A stretch of 64,000 nucleotides of DNA, taken from assembly GCF_009834535.1 (NCBI RefSeq), contig NC_045697.1, forward strand, positions 85,500,001 to 85,564,000, in the 5' to 3' direction. Positions within the stretch are counted from its first letter, which is position 1; every line of letters starts with the position of its first letter. The DNA is from Camelus ferus. Its lineage: Eukaryota. This document shows positions 25,115-38,169 of this stretch, piece after piece. The position numbers and the translations under genes are program-made. The notes beneath the pieces were generated by a model that saw only the letters and a list, made by a program, of their open reading frames with translations, was not told the origin of the DNA and searched no databases.

Positions 25115-26590
25115 AGTTAAATATGGGACAATTTCAGCATCAAAATAATTAATGATAAGAATACATTATAACTCATTAACTAAATAAAATAGGATTCGTT
25201 CATTTATATATATATAACATTTAAAAAGAAACAGATGGGGACAGAAGAAATCTTTTTATTACATTGGAATACCTACTAATAAATGTAGAAGAAATTATGG
25301 TATCAGAAAACCACTATTTGGTAGTCATCATATTAAGCATTTAAATAGCAAATTTCAATGGATGCTAAAGCTCATGGCTGAATTTTTGATGAGGAATGGG
25401 ATATTTACATAATTTCACAGGCTCTCCCTCCTCCAATACTTAGTGATACTAAAGGAAACACTAAAGAGTTACTTTACACTGGAGAATCTTGGCACACACC
25501 ACTTTACTCAAATGATCAAGATTAAAATCACCTATAATGAGAAAAATCCAAAGTGATCATCTGATAAGATGCATTAAAAATATAGCTTCACATCTGTAGT
25601 ATTCTTGCTAAAAATGTATGATCTGAATCTAATTATGGGGAAAACATTAGACAAAAGCAAACTGAGACACATTCTGTTAAACATCAAGCCTATAGTCTTC
25701 TTAAGTGTCAGGTCATGAAAGTCAAGCGAAGACTGGGGAACTGTCCCAGACTGAAAGAGGCTAAAAATCATGAAAACTATAGGCAAACTATGATCCTGCA
25801 TTGGATCTTTCTTTTTCTATGAAGGACATGAACAGGAAAATATGCAAAAAGAGTGAACGGGTTGGAGGATTCGATGGAAGTGTTGTAACAATGTTCATTT
25901 TTGATTTTGATCAGAATATGTCACTCTCAAATATGCCACTTTGACAGAAGGATTATTTTGAGCTGAAGGCAATTAAGAATTAACAAGTTCAGGAAAAGGT
26001 ATCTGCTCTCCCCTGATCTCCCTATAAGCAGGCACATATTTCCTTTTGTGAATATGGCATAAATTTTGCTCCTTTCCTGTACCAGGATGAGAAGAAAGAC
26101 CCAGACTGGAGATGACGAGCTGGCACCAACATGAGTCTGTGTAAAGAAACCTCACTAAAATGGCCCATATATCTCTCAGTAACTTCACTACAGCTTACTG
26201 TCCCCTCAAGCCCAAACTCTCTTTCCTTTATTAAGAAGGGTATCAAAGCTCTTAAGTCTAACTCCCTCTCTGAATTTCATTTATTTTCTGTGAACTCCTA
26301 TGCAAATTAAAAATATTAATAAATGTATATTCCTTTTCTCTTGTCAATCTGTTAAATTCTTAGCCCCTCTGACACTGAACCTAAGAGGGTAGAGGAAAAA
26401 TTTTTTTCTTCCTGATAGATGCTTATCTTGTGGTTACACAGGAGAATGTCCTTGGTTGTAGGAAATGTACACTAAGTAATCCAGTGGTAATTTATTTCTG
26501 AATGGCTCAGGGAAAAAAAAAAAGAACCTGGAAATTTGAAATTATTTTAAAATTAAAATGTACATAAATATTAAACCTAAAAAAATAAAA
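25115..26590 (+). mobile_element. L1MC-type 3' end, split by an LTR insertion
   Basis: 'actgagacacattctg...tcttaagtgtcaggtcatgaaagtcaag', resuming after the LTR with 'tggttacacaggagaatgtccttggttgtaggaaatgtacact'. Confidence 0.75.
25908..26417 (+). mobile_element. ERV1 solo LTR (MER34/MER39-like) nested in L1MC
   Basis: 'cagaatatgtcactctcaaatatgccactttg...aaggattattttgagctgaaggcaatt' and 3' 'gaacctaagagggtagaggaaaaattttt'; AATAAA near 26318. Confidence 0.75.
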
Positions 26591-27914
26591 TCTGATTTGA
26601 CACTTAAATTACTATGCTCAATGTAGAAACCATCTTATAAAAATGAAATCAGCATTTCATTATGTAGCAGAAACTAAGATGCAGGCCAGTAAATCTTCTT
26701 TGAGATTTGTGAAATTAGTGCAAACCAAAACAAAGCAAAGATAATTTAGTGTTTTGTTCCACTTTTCTAAAGGAATATGGCAGAAGAGCATTTCTGTGAA
26801 TCAAATACTTTGATAGTCTATTCTAGCCCAAGGATTCCAAAACTGAAATGAGCTATTTCTGCCATAATTTTAAAGCCCAGATAGAAAAAAAAAAAAGCAA
26901 AATAAACAAACAAAACCTCAAACCTTGAATATCTTCATCTTTGCTTTGAAATGTCTGGCATCTCACCTCCCTGTAGACTTCTCATAATAAACATGTAGGG
27001 TCTGCTGAAATTCTCTGCTATAATTCCAGATTAGAGATGTCCACCTTTGGAAATGTGAGTTAGTGCTAAAACCCATTCACAACAGAAAAAAACTCCCAAA
27101 ACTCAGAAATATTTTTTTCTCATTTAATTCAACAAATATTTCTTTAAAATTTCTCTGTATAAAGCTCATTAACCTTCAAAAGCCTGTGTCCTCATGATTT
27201 TTCATGTGATTCCAAATGAAAGTAATGTACATAAAAGGGTTTTTTCTTTCATTAATTACTTTTTTACACACAATGATACAAACTTTGGCATCAGAGAACA
27301 TCACAGGGATTTAAAACGGATATTTATTAATTTAAGAAACAAAAGCTATAATACAAAATATTGGCTGACCTTGTCTGAGTATAGAGAATGGGGTCATTTA
27401 TTTTTGAGTGAAATGGAAAAAAGTACACTGGCTTCTCTTTGTTTGTTATAAAATATCAACTCATTGAATTCAGATTCAAATTATCAAAGGTCATGATTAT
27501 ATGAGAAACCAGTAAAATGAAACAGTTATTTGGTATAAAATTGTTTTTTGTTCTTCATACATCTTTACAAGATTGACATAAAAGCTCATGTACTTGTATA
27601 AATGCAACTATACAAAGACTAGAGGAGGAATTCTTAAAACTGGGTAAGTTAGAATACTTGGCAGCAAAACTGAATCTCATATAAAACTGGCATTACTGAG
27701 ATCAAGTGAAAAAACAGGCCAGGTAGCGTTCTGTAGTAAAACACAAGGACCAGCAGGTGGGTGAGGTGACATTGTTTTTATTAAGTGATGACAGAGTGGA
27801 TGGGAAACTAGCATTCTGCTAAAAAGGTGAGATTCACCCTTACTCAGCTGACGCTTGTTGAAATATGTACCAACACACAGTCCCCCTGGCCGGGCGGGTC
27901 ACAGTGATGGGGCA

Positions 27915-28062
27915 GCGGCTACTGAGCCAGGCACCGCACCAAGCACAGTCTGTGCTTTCTCCCATGCGAACCACAGAGCGCCCCCATGTGGTAGGAACTG
28001 CTCTCCCTCTATTGCAGCTGAGGAAGCGAGGTTCAAAGGCATGTAGTAACTTGCCCAAGATG
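27915..28062 (-). mobile_element. MIR SINE, GC/CpG-enriched copy
   Basis: 'gccaggcaccgcaccaagc...gtaggaactg...gcagctgaggaagcgaggttcaaagg...gtaacttgcccaag' is collinear with reverse MIR. Confidence 0.75.
27975..27993 (-). promoter_or_regulatory. CTCF-like motif within MIR
   Basis: Minus strand reads taCCACATGGGGGCGCTct. Confidence 0.45.
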
Positions 28063-31000
28063 AGCTCTTCTTAACCACTGCGTTTCATTGAGCAGGGATT
28101 TTGTATAGATTGCCAAAGGTAAAGAATTAGAACAGATCAGCTAGAGATACTGGTAGAGACAGATCTTTTCATGAACAGTTCTTTTTTCTATAACAGTTTT
28201 TTTTTAAACACTGTAAGAAAAGAAAAGGCATGTACAATGTTTGTATTTTTAGAGCTATAAATTAGGAACTGGAACAGGAAGAGATTGTATGTGGTTGACT
28301 GTGAAATGAAGATCATAACACAATTAGAGTCAGAATTTCAGTCAGATCTGGAAAACCAAAGAATTGGTCAGGCTTATTTTACAAAAATGAATTTACAGAA
28401 TACCCAGGGAAGAGTATTTAGTTTTGCAGATGCAAAAAATTAGTAGTTGCTTAAAAACATAGGCTCACACCAAATAAAAGTGTGCATATCTAGCAACATC
28501 AAGTCTCAACAAATGCTGAATAAATAAATAGGGAAAACAAATATTCTAATCTTCTGTAATAAAGATTTTCATAATAATTATTATAATAGTAATCCAACTT
28601 TGATATAGAAAATTTAGAGTAAAACCATGGTACATGTACCCTTTTTCTTCATATGCATATATGTATTTTTGTCAATTGGGATTGGGGTATATAAAAGTAT
28701 TATATTGTACTTTTTCTGATTAATATATCATCAGACTATTAAAGGACTTTCCTTTAGTAAAGAGATCCAAGGGAATTCAAATTAAAACATTCAAGAACAA
28801 ACATGAACAGATTTGGCTCAAAGCATTATGCTTAATGGATTTCAATAAAGTACAATGTAGTCAAGTACATCAAAGATAGGCAAACACCAGTTAGAAAGCA
28901 ATGGGGCTACCAGGACAATGTCAGAGTTGCACTCACCAAGTAGATGGCTGTTCAGGGTTAAGAAACTTGATTTTTTACTTAACTGTTAAAGATTCTGAGT
29001 GTCCCTTACATCTAGGTCTAAGCTTAAGTACACATATGATCTATTCTAGCCTAGCTATAAAGCTAAACATAAACAAAATATTGGGATTCACCCAAGAACT
29101 TGAAAGGAATTTGAGGGCAAATTTAGGAATTTTCTTCAAAATATGTAAGCCACCAGAGAAACAAGGATTGCTAATACTATTTTAATTAACAAGAATAGCA
29201 TTATAAGAAAGTTAAAGACTTTATCAGTGAGAAGTGGAATTTATGATATAGATTTACTAATATGAGAGTAGTTTAAGCTGTGGAAAGAAAGGTTTCTGTG
29301 AGGACAAATGTTGCTTGTTTGATTAAATACATACATTAAAAACTCTTCACTAAGATTATAGGCAAAGGCAGTTTTAAAGTTGAGTAAATACAGAAATGTC
29401 TAATCATGTCTTAAAAACTGGATTCCAGAAAAGAACAGAAGGGTGTAGGTAAAAGACATATTTTTGGGTGAGCATAAATATTTGGTCCCTCTTAGGGATC
29501 TGGGCTAGGAAAGATTTCTTTCTTTTTCTTTTTCTTTTTTTTTTTTTGTAAACTACGGGAAAGAAAAGGTAAACCATAACAATGACATTTTAAAAGCCTT
29601 TTCAAACCAAAATACTAAATAAACTACAGGAATGGTGCACACACTTATGGGAATAGGCTGAAAAAAAGTATACGACCTCCGTTGTAGAGAATAGCATTTG
29701 GAGAAAGAAATAACCCCAAACATATGAGTCTGATATCCGTGGCCTAAATGTTCAGTTACAAAGAGGTTGACACGGCATGGCAGACTGTTTGCTTATGAAC
29801 TCATCCTCACAGCGCTACAGAGGTAAAAAAGCAAAACAAAAAGTGACTGGAGTTTATCATTTATCCATTCAGCAAATAACTAGTGAACCCCTATTATGTG
29901 CCAGACAGTCTTTCTGATGGTCAGCACATTATATCAATAAACAAAAAAGAAGAAGAAGGAAAAAACCTCCCTTTGCTGTTGGCACTTACATTCCAGGATT
30001 TCTTAAAAACAACTGTAACGTTTTCCTGCCTCTGAAGAAACTTACGATGAATTTGCCGTCAAGTTCGTTAATAAACATGATTCAGAAGATCTAGTGAGGG
30101 CCGCTCTACTGATCAAGAAGATTAATTGCCTTAAGGCAATTAGGAGTTTAGTATAATCTATTTGGAAAATGTGAGTAGGTTCAAAGAGCGTGTTAACAAA
30201 ATCATGCACTATGTTAGGAGAACAACTCCCCCACCACAAAGTGACTATGGTCGGCCCTGTGACCCTACAGTTTTCTCTCATAAAATACTCGCACAGTTCT
30301 GAGGTAGTTATGCTAAAAAGATAAAAGAAAGAAGAACGATGGAGTGTACTAAGCAAGAGATCACCTTTAACATGTAATATTTTTAAAGAGCTATCTCGAA
30401 AAGGGTATAGACAGATCTTCTATGATGGCTAGAGATACAAAGTTGTTCAAAAAAAAATTAGGAGGAAGTTTAGCGAACCTGGAAGACAAAACAAATCAAA
30501 CTCTTGAGAGAACCCAGTTGCAATGCGGCAGGCCCAGTTGAGAGCACTGTGCAAAGGACAAGAGAGAAGAGATAGTTTAAAGCCCCAAGATCAAAAAATA
30601 AGAAAATCTGGAGACAACCCAGAGAAAAGGAAATCTGGGAAGTGTTCAAAGATATTGGGGGGTTGGGGTGAGGGCACAACCTCAGGGACCCAGGAAGGGA
30701 TGAATCCAAGAGCCAGGAAGAGTTTAGTAAAATATTTGTAAGATTGATTGGGTACTGAGCTGAAAGACACATCAGAGAAGTTCATTGTTACTTTGACAGC
30801 AGTTTTCATTTAAAAGCAAAGGAAGTCTGGCATGGGGCCCACAGAAAAGAGTCTAGTTTGGAAATACCCCAGCCTGGCAGAGGGAAGAGGGCAGGGAAAA
30901 CAAGGCCTCCATGAGTCCTGGCCATGAGGTGGGGTCAATGGATCTGAAAAGAAAGTGGCAACTGGGAACCATTGATTGAAGATTTCAACCCATGACAGAC

Positions 31001-33559
31001 AGAGTGAGAGATGTGAGACTAAACTAATAACTGAACTGATTTTAATCTTCCAAATTCCCCTGCACTGAGCTGGAACTGATTGTGTGTATCATGCTGCCAT
31101 GGCTAGGGACCAATGTCCTGGCGAAGAGAAAATGGATCGTGTAAACCCCAATTCACAGTGCCTGGCATTGAAGCATCCTTTGGGTACCCTCAGATAAGAA
31201 AGGATGCTAAGGAGGGTTACTCATTAGAGCAGGTGACTTGTCAGAGTAGCTGACAAGGCTGCTGTGTGAGAGCCGCTGGCTGGTGCAGGGGAAGGCTGGG
31301 GTCTCTCCAGTTCTCCTCTTGCCAGGCCAGAAGCTCTTGTGCGGGGCCGCATCCACCAGCAGAAGGAGCACCTGGTTCTCAGTGACACAAAGGCACTCCA
31401 TGGGCTGGCAGTGCCCCAGGAAATGTGTCCCCTCTACAAAACCCACCGTCAGAGGCAAAGCCCGTACCTGTCAATGCTGGGGTGGCGTTTGGCTTTCCTT
31501 CTGTTGGGATGTGGAGACACTGCAACCGCTCTGAGTCATTGTCTTCTCAGACCCCAAATGGATGTAGACACACTACAGGGACTTCCTCCGGCCTTTGTTC
31601 TCACCCCAATAGGTGACACCCCCACACCTGGGAGTACTGGGACAACTGCAGAAAGGGTTTTATGAAGAGGATACTATAAAAATGACAAAACTCCCTTTAC
31701 TTAGTTTTAAATTAAGAAGAGGACATTTTAGAGTTCAAGATTTCTCAAAACTCTTATAGGAGGGGCCTCCATCATCTTTATTTAGACTCAATTTCTCAAA
31801 ACTATACCTAGTTAGAACTTGCCAGTCTCAGGGGGGTTTCCACACTTCTGAGCAACATTTTTCAACTTTACACAAAGTTGTGGCAGTTGGCAGCTGTTGG
31901 GTCCCCAGCAGTCTCTGGATGCACAGAGGGACCCCTGAGCACACACGTCCTGACCCACAGGGTCCCAGCTCCCCTGATACTGGAGGTAACCACCAACCGA
32001 CTGCCGATGAGAAAACATCCTTTTCCTCTGACCAAACAATCCAGTTCAAACAGAACTGGGGCTGCCTCTTACTTTGTGGCTGATTTAATGATCAAGGAAC
32101 TGCTGCCAGCAAGTAGGCATGTTGGTTATCTTTTCCACGACAGATTTTGTTTGCTTTTGTTTTTGTTCCCTCAGCTTTTTGTTTCTTTGCATCCAGCAGA
32201 TTTCTGAAACCAACCCCTAGACTGGCTGGCCATTTCAAGTCCCCTGCTTAGGCTCTATTAAGACAAAAAACCAGAACTGTACTGGAAAATAATGTACCTT
32301 ACATGGAACTAAACCCTGAGGGAAGTATTACAAAGTGAAACTGGTTCTTTGGATCTGCTAGGTGAGAGTGAAAGTAAAGGTCACTTTTTGGTAAGAGGCT
32401 CTGAATATTAGTAAAAGCAGAACTGTGTGTTGGGGAAGAGAGTAGGAGTTGAAGGTCAAGGGGGAAATTTGGTGGCTGCAATAATTATGGTTAATTTATG
32501 AATGGACTCTAAGCTACGTCAGTGGATGCTTCTGACGAGCCTGGGTGAGTAGGGGGCAAGAAAAGAAGTTTTGGTGTGTGAGGAAAGTCCAGAAAACGTG
32601 CTAATCAAATGTTCCACAAAAGGGAACAATTGGGTAGCCATGCTGATGCTTTATTTAGTGCTTGGAAGGACCACAGGAGGAACACCACAGAAGCCATGAG
32701 GCCATTCCATGCAAGATGGTATGTGGTCACTGGGCTGCTTCTGACAGCAGCAGGCTCCAGAGTAGAACATCTGATTATCAGGCACTGTTTTGTGTCTTGT
32801 GTGTTTAAAATTAATTTTTAAGCATTGCTTTGTATGCTTCAGAAAGCAAAACACAAACACAAAAACAAAAAAACCCCAAAACACAAAGTAATAAGCTTTC
32901 TAAGAAGAAAGATAATTATGGTTCTTCACCATGCGTGTCATGATTTTGCCTCAGCAAAGTTAGAGCCAGAATGTTTACAGTTTTCCAGGTACACCTGTCA
33001 TTGCTTTAGGCAATACACCCATCTTTCTCCAGGCTGCTTTCCCAAGCCCATGTCCTAATGGAAAGAGGCCTGGACTTGGAATGGGAAGATCTGGGTTCCA
33101 GCTGTGATTTGGGCAAGTACTTAGCTCGTTCTTTGTCTGGTAATTAATGCATCCATCTATTCATTCAGTGGCCATCTACTGAGAACCTGCCTTGTGCATG
33201 AAGATCTCACTTTCCTCATATGCAAATAAATGGAACTACCCTAGATCAACTCAGTGTTGGACTCATGTAATTGATTTTACATGTCGCTTTTTTTTCTGAG
33301 GACAGAGATTAAAAAAGCCAAGTCCTCTGATATGATACATAAACTTATTAGGTATCTATCAAAATATTAGGCTATATATTTTCAAATAATAACCTGTTTT
33401 GGTTTTTTTCTTTATTGGATATTTTCACACTTAAAAGTACTCCCATTTTAACAAGCAAACATTAGAGAAGATAAAAACGTTAATCACCTTATTCTTCCCT
33501 CGGTTCCACGTTACTGTGATAGTATTAGCACCCGTTTTCCGTATTTTTCTCTATGCTCA

Positions 33560-34150
33560 TAAAAATATGTGTCTATTTATATGATATATGATATTTTCTT
33601 TCTTCCTTTTTTAAAAAATAATGCAGTCATATTATACACTACCCTGCTAATTATTTGGTTATTCTGCATTTCTCTGAACATTCCTCCAGGTTCATACATA
33701 TAGATCTAACCAATTATTTTTAATGGCTAAATAATATTGAACATTATGTATGGACCAAACTTATTTAACTGTTTCCCTAGGATGGACTACCAAGTTGTTT
33801 CTAATTATTTTTTCTTTTTAATGCCACTATAATCAATGCTGTAAGAGAAATATTCATCTAGATATACTCTTACATACTAGTACTTTTTTTACATAGAATA
33901 GATTTACCAAAGTTAGGGTATAAATGTTCAAACTTTTAATAGTGTTCTAGATTACTTTCCAAATTGGTTACAGCAATTTTCATTCCTATCAGCTATGTGT
34001 AAGAATTCTTATTTTCCTGCAATTGATGGCAGCTCTAGATGTGTGAATATCTTTGCCAACCATGAGTTTTTCATTGTTGTTTTAATTTGCATTTTCCTAC
34101 TTACCAAGGGGGTTGATCAAATTTCAGTATATTTGTTATTTTCTCATTCT
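33560..34150 (-). mobile_element. Old L1 (L1ME/MD-like) 3' fragment
   Basis: 'aacttatttaactgtttccc...gccactataatcaatgctg...ttttcattgttgttttaatttgcattttcct'. Confidence 0.7.
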
Positions 34151-34279
34151 CTTCTGTAATTGTTAGACTTGGTTCTTAACTGACTTCTCTTTCTCTTCTC
34201 TTTTCTCTTTCCCATTTGCAATACTTGTCTATTTAGCATAGTAACAGGTAGAGGTGTTACAGAAAACATACAAAGCAAG

Positions 34280-34770
34280 GTAAGTGGGGTCAGAACTATG
34301 GTGTGTTGACCTGAGGAGGCAGGGATTGCAATTTTACATAGGGTGATCACAGGCAGGGCTCACTGAGAAGGAGACGTTTAAGCAAGCTTTGCCAGAGGTG
34401 CAGGAGTGAGCCACATGGCACGGGGAAGCAATATTCCCTAGTGCCAAGACCCTAAGGCTGGAGCTTGCCTGGTGTGTCCAACAGATGCCAAGGAGGAAGA
34501 TATAACTGGAGAAGAGGAGCTAGAGGGGGAGGTTAGTCGGTAATACTAGAGGTAAGAAGGAGCCACTCAAGGAGAGCTTATGGGTATTAAAAAAAAAAAA
34601 CTCAACTTTTCCTCTGAGGAGATGAGGGTTTGGGCAAAGGCGTAATATGATGACTTCTATTTTGGAAAGACTGCTCTGCTTGCTGGGTTTAGAGTAAACT
34701 GCAGGGAGGCAAGGGTAAAGGTGTGGAGACCATTTAGAAAGCTACTCACGAATCTGGGCAGAGATGCTGG
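34280..34770 (-). mobile_element. L2 fragment
   Basis: 'gctcactgagaaggagacgtttaagcaag...gtgccaagaccctaaggctggagcttgcctggtgtgtcc...ttttggaaagactgctctgct'. Confidence 0.75.
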
Positions 34771-35503
34771 CTGCCCTTTATTGAGACAGAAAACTGAGAG
34801 AGGAGCAAACTGGGTAGTCTGAGAAATGAGAAGTCTACAAATTATTCATTATTGGCAGAGGCATTTTAGCATAGACACATCACTCAGTGCTCTGACTTTT
34901 TAAATACAAATTTACTTGAAAGTGTTGAAATGTTAGACTTGGAAATAACCTGAATTTTTCTTTTTGTACTAAGCCCCTGAGGGTACAGAGCTATCTAATT
35001 TTGTATTTATGGGGGTTACTTCTTGACATTTTGCCTCAAAATAGAAATACATTTAAGCATTGACTCCAAAGGGCTAAGAGCTAAAGAAAAAGAGGTGGTC
35101 AGCTAGAGGAAAACCTTCTCATTGGAAAAGAATCATCATGGAGTGTCACATTAGTGAGAATACCTTGTGTGTGGTCTGGGTGTTTTGTTTTGTTTCATTT
35201 CTCTGCCATTTGTTTTTTGGTGTTGTTAGCTGCCCACAAATGAAGAGAAAAGATGAAGGAACCATGAGTGTTCAGAGAATTGTTCAGAAGTGCAGAGAAG
35301 GCCTCAAGATCAGTTAAAAAAATACAAAACAATGATCAATGATGCATAGCTCAGAACATAAAAAGACATTAAGCTTTGACAGCTGTAAAGCAGGAACTTC
35401 TAAATCACAAAGAGAAATTAATTAGCAAGTCTCAGGAAAATCAAAGAAAATTCCATTAAAATTGGATCTATTCAAGTTTGGTAGAAACCAAGATACACCA
35501 ATA

Positions 35504-35993
35504 CAGATCTTCCTTGATTTATGATGGCATTACATCTCAATAAACCCATTATGAGTTGAAAACACATTTGTTAATACACCTAACCTACCAAACATCATGG
35601 CTTAGCTTAGCTTACCTTGAAAGTGCTCAGAACATTTGTATTAGCCTACAGTTGGGCGAAATCATCTAACACAAAGCCTGCTTTATAGTAAAGGGTTGAA
35701 GATCTCATGCAATCTGTTGAACACTGAAAGTGATAAACAGAATGGTTGTACAGGTATAGAATGGTTGTAGGTATATTGGTGGTTTACCCTTGGTATGGCA
35801 CAACTGACTGGGAGCTGCCACTCCCTGCCGCTGCTCAGCATCCCAAGAGAATATCACACTGCATATCAGTAGCCCAGGGAAAGATCAAAATGCAAAATTT
35901 GATGTACAGTTTCTACTGAATGTGCATCACTTTTGCACTATCATAAATTCCATAAATGGTTAAGTCAAACCATTGTTAAGCTGGGGACCTCTG
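35504..35993. mobile_element. MER47/Tigger5-type Tc1/mariner DNA transposon
   Basis: TA|cagatcttccttgatttatgatgg ... ccattgttaagctggggacctctg|TA: terminal inverted repeats and TA TSD; internal 'acacctaacctaccaaacatcatggcttagc'. Confidence 0.85.
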
Positions 35994-36119
35994 TACATGA
36001 TTTATTAAATGTCATTGAATTAAGCAACTAAGTCTATGTAGATGCTATATTTCCTTTAAATCTCTCTACACTATTTCATAAGTCTGGTGATTTTTAAATG
36101 TTCTAATTAACTGCTCTAA

Positions 36120-36400
36120 CACTGAGTTGAGGTATTAACATTCGAGTGAAATTTAGAACCTGAGGAGAGGGTTATGGGAGCCCCAAATGTATAACAGGTC
36201 AGTAGGAAGTATAGGTGGCCCCTGGGACTTTTGACTGGCGTTCAAAGTGGGGCCAGTCTTGTGGGACTGAGCCCTTAACCTGTGGGGTCTGTGCTAACTC
36301 TAGGTAGCTAGTGTCAAAATTGAATTGAATTGTTTGTATTTGTGTTGGAGAACGGGGTATGTCAAAAGTCACTCATTGAATGTCAGAAAAAAATGTTACA
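36120..36400 (+). mobile_element. MER21-like LTR 3' fragment
   Basis: 'gaacctgaggagagggttatggga...gtggggccagtcttgtgggactgagcccttaacctgtggggtctg'. Confidence 0.7.
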
Positions 36401-36899
36401 TTGGATATGACTGATGCTTTATGAACCCAAGTAGCATTATAAACAGAAAGGATATTGAGCCCAGAGGAAATAGCAAGGCTTCAGATTAGCCTTGTAAATT
36501 CTGATCCATAAAGTTATGGCAAGTCTCACAAATACTCATGTGTGGCTCTGAAGCTCCATAGAATAACTGCAGAAGAATCAATGTCCTTTATCCTTTGATC
36601 CAAATGGGGTGAGCTAAATATGAGTTGTATATTTTCATTATATGTTTTTTATTCACTCATTCAACAAATATTTATTGAAGTTAGTTATGGGCCAAGAACT
36701 GTCCTAGATGCTTCTTATATTTCTTATTGCGAGAGACAAGTTAATAACCTATTTTTGAGTATTATATTGACTTACACCTAATTTTACATGATGGTTTCTA
36801 AGTAAAGAGAAATTTATTGAAATTTGAAATATTTTTAAGGCAAAATGTTTTCTATACATAACTTATATTGATTGTTTGTTGATTGTTTTAAATACATCT

Positions 36900-37090
36900 G
36901 TAGGATGACTGAATGCTTGCTATATGCCAGGGGCTCTATAAATATTATTTTATTTAATCTTCACCACTATTATTATCCCCATCAGGAAGATGAAAAAATG
37001 AAGATTTTAGAAAGATGAAGTAACTTACCTAAAAAGTGCGATTTGAACTTGTGCAGTCTGACTCAAGGAACCACACTCTTAACCACAAAA
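36900..37090 (-). mobile_element. MIR SINE
   Basis: 'tatatgccagg...tttaatcttcaccactattattatccccat...gatttgaacttgtgcagtctgactc...actcttaaccac'. Confidence 0.7.
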
Positions 37091-37526
37091 CTGTTTTTAA
37101 ATGGTGTTGCTGAGATAGTGGATGCTCTTTACTTGTCAATAGATAAGACCTTCTGTCAGCTTTGCTCAAAAGGATGGGTGTGATTTTCCGTGTGCCATTG
37201 ATGAGGATGGGGTCTCATCATCCTCTAACAAGTTACACCGTATAATAAAGGAAAGATTAGCACTATATAGAGATGAAATGAATCCTTGTTCTCTAGAACA
37301 TTTCTACTGGTCATAAATTGAACTAGATTTGGGAATCATATCTTTGATAATAATTAAGTACCTGTGTTTCTCTAGGAGACTATTTCCCAATATATTGCCT
37401 GGACTTCTGGATTCCTGTTAGATTTTTAGCAGTTGCCTAATCCAAATTCCTCCACAAGTCCTCCCAAACCCTTACAGATCAACAAGAAGAGCAAATTAAA
37501 TCCATAGCAGGCACCTGTAGCATAAA

Positions 37527-37916
37527 TGTCTTAGCCTGCTGGGGCTTCCATAACAAAATACCACAGACTGGGGGGCTTCAAAAATAGAAATTTATTTCTC
37601 ATGGTTCTGGAGGCTGGGAAGTCCAAGAGCAAGGTGCCAGCAAAGTAGGTTTTATTCTGAGGCCTCTTCTCTTGGCTTGCAGATTATGCCATCTTGCTCA
37701 CATGATCTCTTCTTTCATTTGTGTGTATAGAGACAGCTCAAGCTAGCTCTCTGGCATCTCTTCCTATAAGGATACTGATCCTATTTCATCAGGACCCCAC
37801 CCTTATGACCTCAATTAACCTCATTTATCCCCTAAAGGCCCCATCTCTAAATACTGTCACATTAGTTCCGGGCTTCAGTATATGAATTTGGGGGGAACAC
37901 AGTTCAGTCCATAGCA
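37527..37916 (-). mobile_element. MLT1A-like (MaLR) solo LTR
   Basis: 'ccataacaaaataccacagactggggggctt...tttatttctcatggttctggaggctgggaagtccaag...gggaacacagttcagtccatagca'; TG...CA ends. Confidence 0.85.
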
Positions 37917-38169
37917 ATAGGAGACAGAGAATACTATAAACTTTAATTCCAAACCAACAGAGCTAGGTTTGGCAACCACACCAGAGCAGGGTCTGGTGAA
38001 GACTGGGTGGAAAAGAGAAGCACACTCGTTGAGGTCTAGTGGTGATGAACAGCCACAAAATCTCCCTGACAAAGAACAAGTCCTCATTATTTCCAAAACA
38101 GGTATATGACAGAAACAAGTTATTTATCTTGTCTCCACTATATAATCCATGTCTCAGAATAGTCTATAG

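Noticed and set aside
23031..26417. Two related same-orientation LTRs as the ends of a provirus
   Set aside because: No gag/pol/env-like sequence between them, the LTRs differ substantially, and the second sits inside an L1MC: independent solo LTRs
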